From Octopus vulgaris (taxonomy: Eukaryota), in NCBI GenBank assembly GCA_951406725.2, contig OX597821.1, positions 83,514,001 to 83,578,000 on the forward strand: a DNA stretch of 64,000 bases, read 5' to 3'. A model generated the notes under the pieces. It searched no databases. It saw only the letters and a program-made list of their open reading frames with translations, and was not told where the DNA came from. Positions 1-14,220 of this stretch are shown piece after piece. The translations under genes and the position numbers were made by a program. Numbering within the stretch: the stretch's first letter is position 1; each line of letters starts with the position of its first letter.

Positions 1-1421
1 CAGGTAAATATGGCACACTGTAGTAAGTGACAGCAATGCTGCAGAACTGATGACTTCAGGCTTATATATAAATTAAGCTACCTACAATAGATTAACATGC
101 TATCCAAAGGAAGATGTGTTTAAACCAATGATGATATGCAATTGTTGTGATATAGAAAAGGCTTAGCCTTGATGTCTTCAAAGCTTACCCAGTTGTTATT
201 GCTGATTTTTAGCAACATATGTCTCATAACTGAACAAAGTTTCTGATCAAAAGCCTCCCTTTTAATTTGGATATGTTGTAAATGAAGAACTACATTATTA
301 AATGTGCCCATTTTTATCTTTTTTGTTTAAGATGGTATGGTGTGATTTGAGGGAGGTTTGGCTATTATTTTCAGCAGTTTGAACAACTACACAGAGGCTT
401 AATCCAGGGCTGTCAGTCAATATGCTTCAATGTACAAATTTCTAAAGTAACATGCATTGACTTTTGTTTATATGTATTTGTTGTAACTGCAAGTGTTTGT
501 GTGTGTGTGTGTACATGTGCATGAGAGAGAAAGAGAGAGAGAGGGGGTGTATATATGTGCATGTGTGTGTGTGTATGTGTGTGTGCATTCTATTGATCTG
601 GGAAAGTTGTCATTGAAATTACTTGTGAGCCTAGTTACTAAAAATCTCAGTCTGATCCTAAATTTTACAAATATAGTGCTTGAAAAAATAAACAAAGCAT
701 CAATAGATGAGGTCCCTGGTTGGTTTAAGTCTGCCCAAATAAGTATAATTAAGTGCCTTGCTCAAGAATATACCAACAACCGGATATAAACTCCACACTC
801 TGCAGTCAGGAAGTAGCTTAGACACCAACGGTATATAATGTCTTATAACTGAGACAAGGCACAGAAAATACTGACGGAAGCTACCAGACAGACTTCTGTA
901 ACCTATGACTGTATTAGAAGACAATAGCTAGTTAAGTGACAACAATGTCCTCGTTATATATATATATTTAGTAGTTAATAAAAGCTTTCATCAAAGGTTG
1001 CTTTAATTATTAGTCTACAGAGGCTGAAGAAATCAACATTTTTACTCTTTTCATACATGTACACACACACAAACACACACACACACACACACAAAGTTTT
1101 AAAATTCCATATAATATATTCTTAGAAACATTTCTTTAAGGAGGTAGTTGTTGCTTCTAGTTTTGGTTTAAAGAAGACAAAATTGTTAATGCTCAAAATA
1201 CATGCAAATACACACACAGAGACACAGACACACACAAACGTGTGTGTGTATATGTGTGTGTATATATATATATATATACACACACACACAAACTCATATA
1301 TACATACATGTGTATATATGTACATATGTGTGTGTAGATACATAGAGAGAGACAGACAGACAGATAGACAGACTGATACAGATATATTATATACCTAAGA
1401 ATGTGAGTGCATGAGCATATA

Positions 1422-2195
1422 TCATCATCATCATTTAACGTCCGCCTTCCATGCTAGCATGGGTTGGACGGTTCAACTGGGGTCTGGGGAGCCCGAAAGC
1501 TGCACCAGTCCAGTCAGATCTGGCAGTGTTTCTACAGCTGGATGCCCTTCCTAACGCCAACCACTCCGAGAGTGTAGTGGGTGATTTTATGTGCCACCGA
1601 CACAGGTGCCAGATGAGGCTGGCAAACGGCCACGCTCGGATGGTGTTTTTTATGTGCCACCGACACAGGTGCCAGACGAGGCTGGCAGACGGCCACGCTC
1701 GGATGGTGTTTTTATGTGCCACCGACACAGGTGCCAGATGAGGCTGGCAAAACGGCCACGATCGGATGGTGCTTGTTACGTGCCCACAGCACGGAGGCCA
1801 GTCGATGCGGTACTGGCTACGGCCACGTTCGGATGGTTTTCTTGTGTGCCACGTGCCACCGGCACTGGTACCACAAGGATACAAATTTCATTGATGTTCA
1901 TCTATTTTGATTTGTTTTGATTTTCACTTGCCTCAACAGGTCTTCACAAGTGTCACAGGTGGACTGACTACGTCCCAGGTAGGGGCCATGGGTTATGGCC
2001 TGACTAGCCTTGCCGGGTCTTCGGATGGTGTTTTTATGTGCCACCGACACAGGTGCTAGATGAGGCTGGCGAACGGCCACGATCGGATGGTGTTTGTCAT
2101 GTGCCCACCGCACTGACTACAGCACTGATGGATTTCTTGTGTGCCACAGGCACTGGTACCACAAGATACAAATTCCATTGATGTTCATCTATTTT
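1422..2195 (-). mobile_element. Retroposon family A ((GAT)n-tailed) with internal 62-63-bp tandem repeats
   Basis: Minus-strand 3' end ccaacccatgctagcatggaaggcggacgttaaa(tga)n; units tgtgccaccgacacaggtgccagatgaggctggc...ggatggtgttttta at 1590, 1653, 1715, 2037; relatives at about 5890-6110, 6545-6800, 12470-12720, 38190-38380, 49430-49620, 59865-60195. Confidence 0.75.
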
Positions 2196-2900
2196 TTTTT
2201 TTGTGCACATATATATGTATGTGCATGTTGTGTGTGTGTTAGCAATCAATATAAATAATATGTGACAAGAATATTTTAATGAATTGGGCAAAATTAACAT
2301 AAACGATAAATAACAACAACAACAATAGTAATAATGACAACAACAACACTAATAAATAAATAAATGTCCATAATCCAAGTTAATATTTGAAAAATAATTG
2401 CTATTGATAGATTCTTCATTTTATTTTATTTTCAGTCAGTTTTCCATCAGCAAAAAGTGAATCTTTGCTCATTTCCCATGACAAAGCAGCCATAAAAGAA
2501 ATGTAATGCTGGATTAGCGACATCCTCAACCATTTCACCAGGTAAGGACAATGTAGAACACTTCCACTGGAACCTTCAATAATTCCTGTTAGTTGCCTGG
2601 AACTTGTTGTTGTCACTGGTCAACGTTCCACTAGTTTGCAGACGACTAACCAATGACGATGATCTCATCTCCTATGACAGATCAAACTTAATCCATTTTA
2701 TTTGTTTTATTTTTTCCCCTCTCACACACTGTTGCTGCTGTCCCCTCCTCCTCCTTGCTGCTATCACCACCATTACCGCTGCTGTCACCGCTACCACCAT
2801 TCAACATCCAAATTTTTCATGCTAGCATGGAATACATTTGAAGCGTGTTTCCAACAGCCAGATGCCCTGCCCTTTCTGTCACTTTTTGTCTTCTTTAAAC

Positions 2901-3060
2901 CTGTGCGCACCTTTCAATGCAATGTATACCAGAAGGTTTGCAAATCTAACGGAGGCCTCAAAATACATTTTAAGATCCATAATTAATCAGAACTTATCTG
3001 CAGCTCTTGGGGATCCAAATCGGATATGTAGTCTATGCGGATGTCTTTTCAAAACCCTCA
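2901..3060 (+). repeat. Duplicate of part of the RTE zinc-finger region (copy of about 3527-3682)
   Basis: Near-identical ctgtgcgcacctttcaatgcaatgtataccagaaggtttgc...tgtcttttcaaaac at both sites. Confidence 0.85.
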
Positions 3061-3233
3061 TCTGTTTCCAAGCAATGTAACATTACCCCATGGTTAGACC
3101 TGCCTTACACAATATTGGAAACGAATGACATTGTATGACAGCAACTCATTTTATAACTATCACTTAAAGTCAAAAGAAGGGGACACAAAAATACAATACA
3201 CACACCCCTTTCTACTCCCCCTCTCCCTACATA

Positions 3234-3289
<56 letters not shown>

Positions 3290-3291
<2 letters not shown>

Positions 3292-3780
3292 CGAGCTGGA
3301 TGGTGAACAAAAGTGTGGAGTGGAGTGAAAGTGTTGGAAGAGGCCAGGATAACGCATGCAAGACTCAAGAAAGATTTAAGGAAGAATGTTACAATCGAGA
3401 AGGTGAATCACAATGACCTTTTTGCATGCACAGTTTGTGACAGACCATGCCTTTCTTTTGCTGAGCTCAAATCTCATTTGTGAACCCATGGTAAATGAAC
3501 CGCCACTAAATATTCTGCTTGTGTGTCTGTGCGCACCTTTCAATGCAATGTATACCAGAAGGTTTGCAAATCTAACGGAGGCCTCAAAATACATTTTAAG
3601 ATCCATAAAAATCAGAACTTATCTGCAGCTCTTGGTGGTCCCAAATCAGATATGCAACCTATGCGGATGTCTTTTCAAAACATTGTCTGGTTTAAAAAGC
3701 TACATCAGATGCAATGATGGTTCTGAGGTATAGGTACAGGAGGTGGTCAAACTCTGCATAAGGAGTAGACAACCACATGA
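3290..3780 (+). mobile_element. RTE-clade LINE 3' end (ORF2 C-terminus with C2H2-like zinc fingers)
   Basis: SGVKVLEEARITHARLKKDLRK followed by CNVYQKVCKSNGGLKIHFKIH and CNLCGCLFKTLSGLKSYIR, matching the RTE C-terminal pattern; frameshifted. Confidence 0.7.
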
Positions 3781-4029
3781 TATATATCCACTTTTTCTAT
3801 GCTAGCATGAGTTGGACAATATTCAATGAAGCACTTTAGTATTCTATTACCAGATGAGTTTTCGATCACAAACCACTGTTTTTCAAATAGGGTACTTTAA
3901 TTCCACAGGTCTTTGCATGGCAAACTGCTAGGCTATGAAGAATAATTTTTATAGGGGAATTAAACTGAACACCACTGCTGCCTACATGGTAATAATACAA
4001 AGACACTCTTTTTTTGTTATCCTTTTTCC

Positions 4030-4080
<51 letters not shown>

Positions 4081-4081
<1 letters not shown>

Positions 4082-4486
4082 CTCTTTTACTCTTTTACTT
4101 GTTTCAGTCATTTGACTGCGGCCATGCTGGAGCACCGCCTTTAGTCGAGCAACTAGACCCAAGGACTTATTCTTTGTAAGCCCAATACTTATTCTATCGG
4201 CCTCTTTTGCCGAACCGCTAAGTGACGGGGACATAAACACGCCAGCATCGGTTGTCAAGCAATGCTAGGGGGACAAACACAGACACACAAACACACACAC
4301 ACACACATATATATATACATATATACGACGGGCTTCTTTCAGTTTCCGTCTACCAAATCCACTCACAAAGCATTGGTTGGCCCGGGGCTATAGTAGAAGA
4401 CACTTGCCCAAGGTGCCACGCAGTGGGACTGAACCCTGAACCATGTGGTTGGTTAGCAAGCTACTTACCACACAGCCACTCCTGCG

Positions 4487-4488
<2 letters not shown>
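4081..4488 (-). mobile_element. tRNA-headed SINE family B (young copy)
   Basis: Head ggcgcaggagtggctgtgtggtaag with box A/B-like TGGCTGTGTGG and GGTTCAGTCC, internal TA/CA microsatellite, tail (gtaaaaga)n. Confidence 0.88.
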
Positions 4489-4523
<35 letters not shown>

Positions 4524-4562
4524 TCATCATCATCATCATCATCATCATATATACATATATAT

Positions 4563-5680
4563 AGTGGTGCCTTGACTTACAAGTTTAATTCATTCTGTGA
4601 TGGAGCTTATAACTCAAATTATTCGTATGTCAAATCAATTTTCCCCATTGAAATGAACTGAAATGTCATTAATCCATTCTGGGCCCCCAAAAAATACAGC
4701 AATTTTTTTTTTACGTTTTTAAATAAGAAAAATGTTCTTATAAATAACGGATATTGTATAAAAAAACAATACAACAGAATGTACAGCAAGAGATTGGTTT
4801 TATTAAGTATAATGTACAGCATTTATCTTGGAGATCAGATGACTTGAGGATGCTGACAGAGGTGGAGGAGAAAAGCTAAACTGAACAACTAATCTTATTC
4901 GCTGATTTATGCCCTTTTCACCAGGCTTTCCTCACTTTCATCTGCAGGAGTTTACAATAAAAACCCATCCAATGAGGTCTAGCTCATCCTCCCGTTCAGA
5001 ATGTTTCTGAAATTAGTTAGGCAAGTGTCAATAAATAGCGCTGTCGCACACCCTGTTGCAACTTTTTCTGGGTGTTTCTTTTGAATAAAGTCTGAGAGTT
5101 TCTCCCACATTCCCAACATTTCCTTTATCACTCTTGTAGAGTTAACCTCCTCTGCGTCACATATTTCCTGCAAAACCTCCATGTGCTGCTGTATCTGTAG
5201 CTCCTTTAACTCCTCTGTTGTCAGTTCCTTGGAGTTCTCCTCAATGAGCTCGATGATATCACCTTCATCCATGTCCAGGCCCATGGACTTGCTGAGGGAT
5301 ACAATCTCCTCCACCACAGCCACTTTGGGTTCAAGTCTTTCAAAGTCCGTTTCAGATGCAACCTCAGATCACAGTTTCTTCCATGCAGAGGTCAAGGTCC
5401 ACTTTGTAACACCTTGCCAGGCCATATTGATAATTCCAAGGCATATCACAATGTTATAGTGATCGTTCCATAACTCTCAAAGGGTGAGGCTTGTGTTCTC
5501 TAAGAGATTCTTGAAATTAGAAAGCACCAGCTGGTCCACAGGCTGCAGGATAGGAGTTGGGGGTAAGGTAAAGAACCTTTATAAGCTTGAACTCTTCAAC
5601 GATGTCATCCTCGAGGTTAGATGGGTGAGCAGCTGCATTGTCCTGGACAAGAAGGGCTTGCAGGGGTAGGTTATTTTGCC
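4563..5680 (-). mobile_element. Tigger/pogo-type DNA transposon, 3' part with decayed DDE_1 transposase
   Basis: ORF 4979-5323 VVEEIVSLSKSMGLDMDEGDIIELIEENSKELTTEEL (Tigger C-terminus). Upstream PILQPVDQLVLSNFK and decayed LVLDNA motif. Tigger-like terminus (t)agtggtgccttgacttac at about 4563. Confidence 0.85.
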
Positions 5681-7026
5681 ACCATCTTTATCCTGCTGTC
5701 TCCCACTCCCTCTCCTTCTCCTGTACATCCCTCTGTCTTCATTCCTGATCTTTCTCTCTCAAGTTGGGTAACCTAGTACTTCCTCTACAGCAAGACACCT
5801 GTATCTGTCTCACTATAACCTTTTCATCATCCAGCACATGGTCACCTCCTCCAATGCTTTCTCTCCTCTTGAAAGTTTTTTTCTGTTTTGTCTTGCAAGT
5901 GCTTGGTGACCCTGTCAGTGCAGGTGCCACTTAAAACCACCCAGTCCACACTGTAAAGTGGTTGGTCTTCAGAAGGGCATTCAGCTGTAAAAATCCTGTC
6001 AAAACAATCACAGAAATCTGGTGCAGGCGTTGGCCTGGCCGGCTCTTGTGAAACCATCCAAACTATGCTAGTATGGAAGGCAGACGTTAAACAATGATGA
6101 TGATGATGATATATATAGATAGATAGATAGATAGATACATACATACATACATACATAGGCTTTTATGCTGTTTCTGCCCACCAAATTTCATTGGTCAACC
6201 TGAAGCTATTGTAGAAGATATTTACGAAAAGTGCCACACAGTAGGATCAAACATGAACTCATGTGCCATTTTCTTATTTATATATATATGTGTGTGTGTG
6301 TACACGTGCATGCTCATGTATATATATATAAATTTCATCAGGTAAGAACAATGTAATATATATATATTCATATATATCATTTAATTCTTCATCTAAATAA
6401 ATGAAGAATGTGACAATGAGCCCTCTGGAAAACTTCAATCATCACATGAAATGGTTTCTCTGAGAAGTCACAGACCCACCATCTTCAACAGGTTACCTCC
6501 AGTATCTCTTGCTAGCAGTTTAATTATTGATATATATTGAAGCATTAGATGGGTTGGTTGGTTTGACAGAATTTGATGGGCCCGAGGACTGCACTGTAAT
6601 TCAATGACTGCTTTTGGCGTGGTTTCTATAGTCGGTTGACCTTCCTAAAGCCGACTACTTTCAAGAGTGTACTGGGTGCATCTTTCGTGACATCAGCACA
6701 GCTGAGGTCGCCATGTACTTCAGAAGACTAAGATCCTCGTAGACTAAGTGGTGCATCAGTAGAAAGGAAGGTGGCTTTATGCTGGGTGACGAGAGGTTAA
6801 GACAAAGTACAACAGCCACGACTCAAATTTCAAGTGCAATGATGTGGCTCAAAGTGGGCAGTACCGCTCCCAGATGAAGGGCGGGGGGAAATTTTATATG
6901 GTTTGAGGTGGGAGAGAGACAATAGATACATCTTTTAATTTCCATAATTTCCAAAAATACATCTAATTTCTATAGTGTTCGAATCATCTGATAATATTTA
7001 ATGGACAAGATGTTTTAACATTCCAT

Positions 7027-7184
7027 GAGTGGCTGTGTGGTAAGTAGCTTGCTAACCAACCACATGGTTCCGGGTTCAGTCCCACTGCGTGGCACCTTGG
7101 GCAAGTGTCTTCTACTATAGCCCCGGGCCGACCAATGCCTTGTGAATGGATTTGGTAGACGGAAACTGAAAGAAGCCTGTCGTA

Positions 7185-7241
<57 letters not shown>

Positions 7242-7432
7242 TTGTCCCCCTAGCATTGCTTGACAACCAATGCTGGTGTGTTTACGTCCCCGTCACTTAG
7301 CGGTTCGGCAAAAGAGACTGATAGAATAAGTACTGGGCTTACAAAAGAATAAGTCCCGGGGTCGAATTGCTCGACTAAAGGCGGTGCTCCAGCATGGCCG
7401 CAGTCAAATGACTGAAACAAGTAAAAGAGTAA
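7027..7432 (+). mobile_element. SINE family B
   Basis: Same sequence as 4081-4488, opposite orientation. Confidence 0.88.
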
Positions 7433-9076
7433 AAAAAAAGAGAGTATATTGAGATAACTTAGGTACAAGTAGTACTGTTAATGGCGATCTCGTCGGCCGC
7501 AATTTTTTGTGGAGTATTTTGATTTTGTTGGTGGGAGTGAGGCTGAAAGTGTGTTAGTAAGGGAGAGATACTAGAATAAGTTTGGGAAGCGCTGACGTAA
7601 GGTAGTAAAAGTACTGACTGATAGGACTAAGTACTTTATAGAGGTATCACATTGTTAAAAGTTGGAAGATAATTTGTGAGTAAAAAATCTAGTTAAAATC
7701 TTTATTTACCCATCTTCATCCCGTCTTTGCTATGACGGGAGAAGATGTATTGGAATGTTTCTAGAAAAGAAACTTATAAAAGAACATGCTTAACAGACTT
7801 CAACTGTTGTCCGTAGTCGATCGAACTGCTGAAATATTCTTTCGATCCCCTATCAACTTTAAAAAAAAAGGGACAAAATGGAAAACGCTGCCCTTGATAT
7901 TTAAAAAGACATGATGAACACGACTGGAACACTTTTGATGAAGTCTTTTCAATCGGGGCTTATTACCATAGTTGCCTCTACGCGATCAGCCGATGTGCTA
8001 GAAACAGCAGCCAAATATTACTTAAACACCAACGCCTTGAAAAGGCGGGGCAGCCATGGTTGGTACGTTTTTGATTAGAGGTTTGCTTGATTATGACCAG
8101 AAGTAACAAAGAACATTATTACCATCATCATCACCACTGTCGTCGTTATTTCATTATCATATACAGATTTTATTATTCACAAACTCTTAGATTCCAAGAT
8201 ATTTGCGGTGAGCAAGTTTTCCCTTTAAGAAAATAGTGACGTGTGCTTAATTAACAGCGGAATTTTGTGTCAGTCCTGAAAACAACATCTACATGCCCGT
8301 AATTAGGCAACGAAGGATAATAAAACCTTTTATTTTCATTAATCTGCAAATGAGAAGAGTCAACTTATCCCAGTGAAAATAAAACAAGCGACGAAAGTGA
8401 ATCTGAAGCCGCGAGATTTACTGCCTGAAATCTGGCGCTCGATTGTTTTATCAAGATAGGGCGGGAAGGGAATAATAGCGTGTGACGAAGACGAATTAGA
8501 TTTGTAATTAATTAAAATATAAAAACAAAATATAATTCACAGCTTCTTTAATTCAATCGATTAAATCTCTAACATGATTTCAAGTGAAGAAAAAAATTAT
8601 TAGTCGCGAATAACTGAAGTTTATTTAAAAAAAAAGAAAGAAAAAAAGCCAAGGTGACTGTCCAGTTTCAGATTTCTCGTTCACACTGTTGGGGAAAGTG
8701 TGAATATCACATGATCACTAGTTCCCACCACAACTACTTGTTGTAGCCTGCGTGACTAATCGCACACAACTTAATTCTGTAATACAACTTTTAAAAATGT
8801 AGTTACCTCCCTTGCTTTTAGTAGTATGACACAGCAGTTCTTGTTTATTTCATATAAAGGCGAATCGAAAATATTTTTTGTTTAAATAACTACTGAAATA
8901 TTTAAAAAGTTTTTAAGAGAAAACATTATTATATAATTAAGTCTCGATATGTACAAAAGTATATTTCACCTCCTTCGAATATGAATTAATCACAAGTAAT
9001 TTTAATGATAGCAACATCAGCAATAGATACAAACAATCGATATAATATAGTCTTGCCTTCGCATTACTCATGTTAT

Positions 9077-9107
<31 letters not shown>

Positions 9108-10433
9108 GTCAGGGTAATGCCTGACTCCACAGTCCTATCTGTGACGATTTTTTGCACAGGTTCAGGTCGCCCCTTGGTAGCCCGCCTACTTTCGCGGGTA
9201 ACTGGGGTTGATGTGATCTGCCTGGGGTATTAACCCCCGTACGAAGTAACAAAAATAGACACCCTGACAAAGCGATTTCATTAAGTTAGCTTATCCTTTT
9301 TTTTAAATTATAAATTATTAAAATGTCATAATACTATATTAATTAAATATTGTACATAGCATGTAGACCCTACAACAGCAACTTGGTTTCCTCAATGTTT
9401 TGGAAAATGCACGAGCAACCCAGCTGTGATCGTCCCTCTTTTAAATTGATCTGAATTAAAACTTTCTATCATGTTTCAAATACCAGCTTGATTAAAGTCA
9501 GCTATTCCACTAAATTCATTAGTTTCAAAGTTAACTGAGACAAAGTGTATTTCAATACAAAATGTTGAAATTTAGGGACAAAAAAAAAAACTTTTTGAAG
9601 GTGTCTCGGAACATTTTTTTTCTTTTCTCCCTCCGACTATTTTACCGCTATTTCCGTAACCTTGGCATCATTTTTTTCTTTTTTTTTTTCCAGATGTGTG
9701 TTTGAAGCACTAGCATTACGTAATCTACGCTGCCGAAAACGGATTTCTGCAAAGTGTCATTTAAAAAAAAATACATGCTGTTACAGAGAGGAGAGATTTT
9801 CGTGAGAATAAAAATGAATTTAGATCCCTTGAAAATAAATGTTTTGAACACAATCGTAATCCACAGCCTCAAAAATGTGTCCCTGCAAAGTTTAATTTGA
9901 AGATAAAAAACTTAAAAAGTATTTTCCAGACATTAATAAAACCGGGCCCCAAACTGTAGATATGGCATATATACATATCAGATACACACACACACACTTG
10001 TAAAATAGGATAAAAGATTTTGTAAATATATTTTGATGAACAACTGCAAAAATGAATTTGAAAAGTAGAAAACTATTCAGAAATATTAAGACTATATATA
10101 TCAATACTTATATAGATATTTTCGTGATAAAATATACACAATTCGTCAACTTGTCGAATAAACGGCTTATTTTATCGGAATGAGCTTTGAACAAGTGTAT
10201 ACGCATATGCACACGTATTTCCCGCGGTTGTAATTTCAATTCCCTCCGAGATCACTTTTGCCTTTCATCTTTTCAAGATGCTAGAAAGAAGTTTTTGTAT
10301 CAAATACGAATTAAAATTACTTTTGTAGTCTTTACAACGCAAGCTAAGCTCTCTTTATTCATATTCCAAAAGATCTTTGTCTACACACACACACGCAATA
10401 ACACACGTAAAAATACGCATGTGTAGATGTGTG

Positions 10434-10471
<38 letters not shown>

Positions 10472-10527
10472 GAGAGAGAGGGGAGGAGAAAGTAAGAGAG
10501 AGATTTATATATTCTTTTTTTTTTTTT

Positions 10528-10767
10528 CACTCTTTTACTTGTCAGTTGACTGCGGCACTGCCTTAGAGGATTTTTTAGTCGAAGAAATCGACCCCAGGAC
10601 TTATTCTTTGTAAACTGAGTACTTATTCCACTGGTTCCTTTTAGCGAACCACTAAGTTACGGGGACGTAAACATACCAACGTCGGTTGTCGAACGATAGT
10701 GGGGGTGGGGGGCACAAACACACTCACATAAATACATGCATACATATATACTCATTCACAAACACAC

Positions 10768-10865
<98 letters not shown>

Positions 10866-11270
10866 GACGGGCTGTTTTTAGTTTCCGTCTACCATATCCA
10901 CAGACAAAAGCTTTGGTCGGCCCGGGACTATAGTAGAAGACACTTGCCCAAGGTGCCACGCAGTGGAATTGAACCTGAGGCCATGTGGTTGGAAAGCACA
11001 GCCACACCTGCGCCTGCATATATACATATATATCTTTTATCTTTCTTTTATTTGCTTCAGTCATCGGATTGCGGCCATGCTGGAGCACCTCCTGGCAGAG
11101 CTTTAGTCGAATGGATCGACTCCAGCACTTATCTTTTAAAGTAAGGTACATATTTATTACAGAGACTTGAACCAACACAGACACAGACACACGACGGGCT
11201 TCTTTCAGTTCCCGTCTACCAAATCCACCCATAAGTCTTTAGTCGGCCCAGGACTGTAGTAGAAGATACA
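10528..11270 (-). mobile_element. Two adjacent SINE family B copies (10528-11015 and 11040-11270)
   Basis: Family B head and tail motifs, diverged. Confidence 0.75.
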
Positions 11271-11339
11271 TTCTACTTTTGCTTGAGTTAAATTTCTTCT
11301 GTTTGTACCACTAAACCTATATAAACACAGACACACATA

Positions 11340-12135
11340 CAATGAATCCTCGTGGCTGAGAGCGGGGTTTCAGACAACAGCATTACACACTACGGTCTCG
11401 TGTTGCAGCCGTACACTTACTGAACCAAGGCTCGCCCTGTCCAGCAAACACCATCACTCGCTTGTCCCATACGACTACGTTTTCCATCCATCCAGTCCCT
11501 GAGCACGCGGGCGCAGAAATCCAGGCCTAAAATCCAGCAGATTTCGCCAACTGACCACTGTTACCAATTTTTCTTGTTCCTATCTCCAGATCAGAATCGT
11601 TCGTTATACAAACTGCACAACTGATCCGCACAGTATGCTTGTAGCACATCATCACGAACGCCCTCGGCTGCTTGGTGTCTATGTTTCACACTCATACAAC
11701 GCTACAGGAAAGACTAGAGATTTTAGAAGTTTCAATAAGATGTATCTTACAGAAGACGCAGTCTCTCCATATTGTATTGAGTGACCTCAGGGCTGATTAT
11801 CGTGCATCAAGTCTTGCTCTGATTTCTGGGTTGTAGTCTACTGTAGTCAATAATGGAGCCCAGGTACTTGAACTTATCATCTTGGGTTAGCTTGATCTCT
11901 TGTGCCATCAACTTAGTCTTCTTTGGTGCGTTTCTCCAGTTAAAACACGCTAGCTCTATCAATCAGTTCACTGAAGCTCAGCTGGCGAAGAAGAGATCAG
12001 TACGATGTTATCAGCACGCTGAAGGTTATTTAACCGCCGACCACTGATGCATGGACAGATCCAGCCGAAACCAACCACTGACCGCCGCATCAGAGCAGGG
12101 GTTAAAGCAGACAACCTTGCCGAACTATTACTTTC
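11340..12135 (-). mobile_element. RTE/BovB-like LINE reverse-transcriptase 3' fragment
   Basis: Minus strand reads KFKYLGS, EIRARL, LNTIWRD and LVFPVALYECET-like RT C-terminal motifs with frameshifts. Confidence 0.75.
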
Positions 12136-12149
12136 CTGGTGCTAAACCT

Positions 12150-12382
12150 ATTTCTTTACTACCCACAAGGGGCTAAACACAGAGTGGACAAACAAGAACA
12201 GACAAAGGGATTAAGTCGATTACATCGACCCCAGTACATAACTGGTACTTATTTAATCGACTCCGAAAGGATGAAAGGCAAAGTTGACCTCGGCGGAGTT
12301 TGAACTCAGAACGTAACGGCAGACGAAATACCGCTAAGCATTTCGCCCGACATACTAACGATTCTGCCAGCTCGCCACCTTC
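12150..12382 (-). mobile_element. SINE family C (ggcgagctggcagaatcgttag head)
   Basis: gagttcaaa box-B-like motif, core tttgcctttcatcctttcggagtcgattaaataagtaccag; relatives at about 28700-28855, 34855-35040, 56610-56810. Confidence 0.78.
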
Positions 12383-12779
12383 CGGGTGCTAAACCTATCT
12401 GTAAAGCTCGCGTTCCTCTGTAACAGGCAAGAAACAGATTGGTTTCAGGCCGTCATATTCCACCACCACCATCATTGCTTCACGCCTGTTTTCTTGGGTT
12501 GGACGGTTTGATAGGGGCAGGCGAGCGAGAAGACTGCGCCAAGCACCAATGTTTGCTTCTACGGCTGGTCGCCTTTCCTATCGCCAACCACTTTACAGTG
12601 TCCTGGGCGCTTTTTACGCGATACCGGCGAAAGTGCCGAATAACTCGTACAATACACTTCAAAGTGGCATTAAGGCAGGTGACTTTTTGCCAGGTGATGA
12701 GATGTTAAAGTTTGATAAGGGGTATGTATGTGCGTACATATTATCTATGTTTCTGGCTGTATGTATTTTTCTAAGTATC

Positions 12780-13260
<481 letters not shown>

Positions 13261-13261
13261 C

Positions 13262-13520
13262 GTCTATCTATTTGTGTAAAACTGAGCTTGTGTGTCTGTA
13301 TGTATGCATCACTATAACTCGAGAACTATTCATCCAATTTCATTCAAATTTTACACATGCACTACTTACGGTCCATAGAGTGTCATGGGCCCTACACAAT
13401 TTTCAAATTCGTGCCTAATGCGAGCCCGGAGCAATCTCTTAGACTGTTTCGGTATTACGGGTCTAAAGTGAAACAATAACATCTCTATTGTAATGTGAGA
13501 TAAAAGTTTACATATACTAT
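13262..13520 (+). mobile_element. Possible Helentron-associated (HINE/DINE-like) non-autonomous element
   Basis: gtgtgtctgtatgtatg...ataactcgagaactattcatccaatttcattcaaattttacaca resembles the microsatellite-plus-core of DINE/HINE elements. Confidence 0.4.
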
Positions 13521-13601
13521 GTATATAAAATATACATAATGAAACTATTATCTCACATTACATATATACATGCATACATATTATCTATCTATCTATCTAT
13601 C

Positions 13602-13639
<38 letters not shown>

Positions 13640-13670
13640 TGTATATGTATATATATATGTGTGTAAATAC

Positions 13671-13716
<46 letters not shown>

Positions 13717-13717
13717 C

Positions 13718-13749
<32 letters not shown>

Positions 13750-13804
13750 ATGTATATGTATATATAACTTTGATAAGTTTCGGCCAGTATAGGCCCAGGC
13801 CATG

Positions 13805-14175
13805 TCAAACTTAATACCACCTCCCGGTGAAGTCTCGCAGTCATACATGGGGCGCCATGGCCTCCTCTAGCAAAGAGTTATTATTCCTGGAGACATATCC
13901 GTGTGTAGGAGGTTGTTCCGGAATTTATGAAGCAATTTGTCCAGTGATCTTTTGAATTTAGTGGGATCCGTTTCCGCTTTGACGTATTTTGGTATAGTAT
14001 TAAAGAGAGCTGGATTGGTTGAGGTAAAGTAATTGTGACGTAATGTTGTTATGTGTCCTGAACTCGATTTTTGTAGCGCGCGGATTGCACGGGGCCAAAT
14101 CTTGGGTGGATTTTAAAATTGATACCAACATCATTTGTGAAATATGGAGGGAATATTTTCCACATCACACAATAT
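13805..14175 (-). mobile_element. CR1-like LINE ORF2 3' fragment
   Basis: YCVMWKIF...HPRFGP, PALFNTIPKYVKAETDPTKFKRSLDKLL match the CR1-group C-terminal pattern (WKI..G..P; LFN.LP..IR...FK..LD). Confidence 0.75.
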
Positions 14176-14220
14176 ATATACACATACATACACACACACA
14201 CACACACATATAAATATATA

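Noticed and set aside
1590-1800. Regularly spaced repeats resembling a CRISPR array
   Set aside because: Whole units are near-identical with no unique spacers, no cas genes, eukaryotic retroposon context
2436-2540. Plus-strand exon with good splice signals
   Set aside because: Stops in all three frames and no homology; at most a terminal or non-coding exon
3523-3717. C2H2 zinc-finger gene
   Set aside because: Frameshifted, lacks TGEKP linkers and follows an RTE ORF2 C-terminal motif; treated as a LINE remnant
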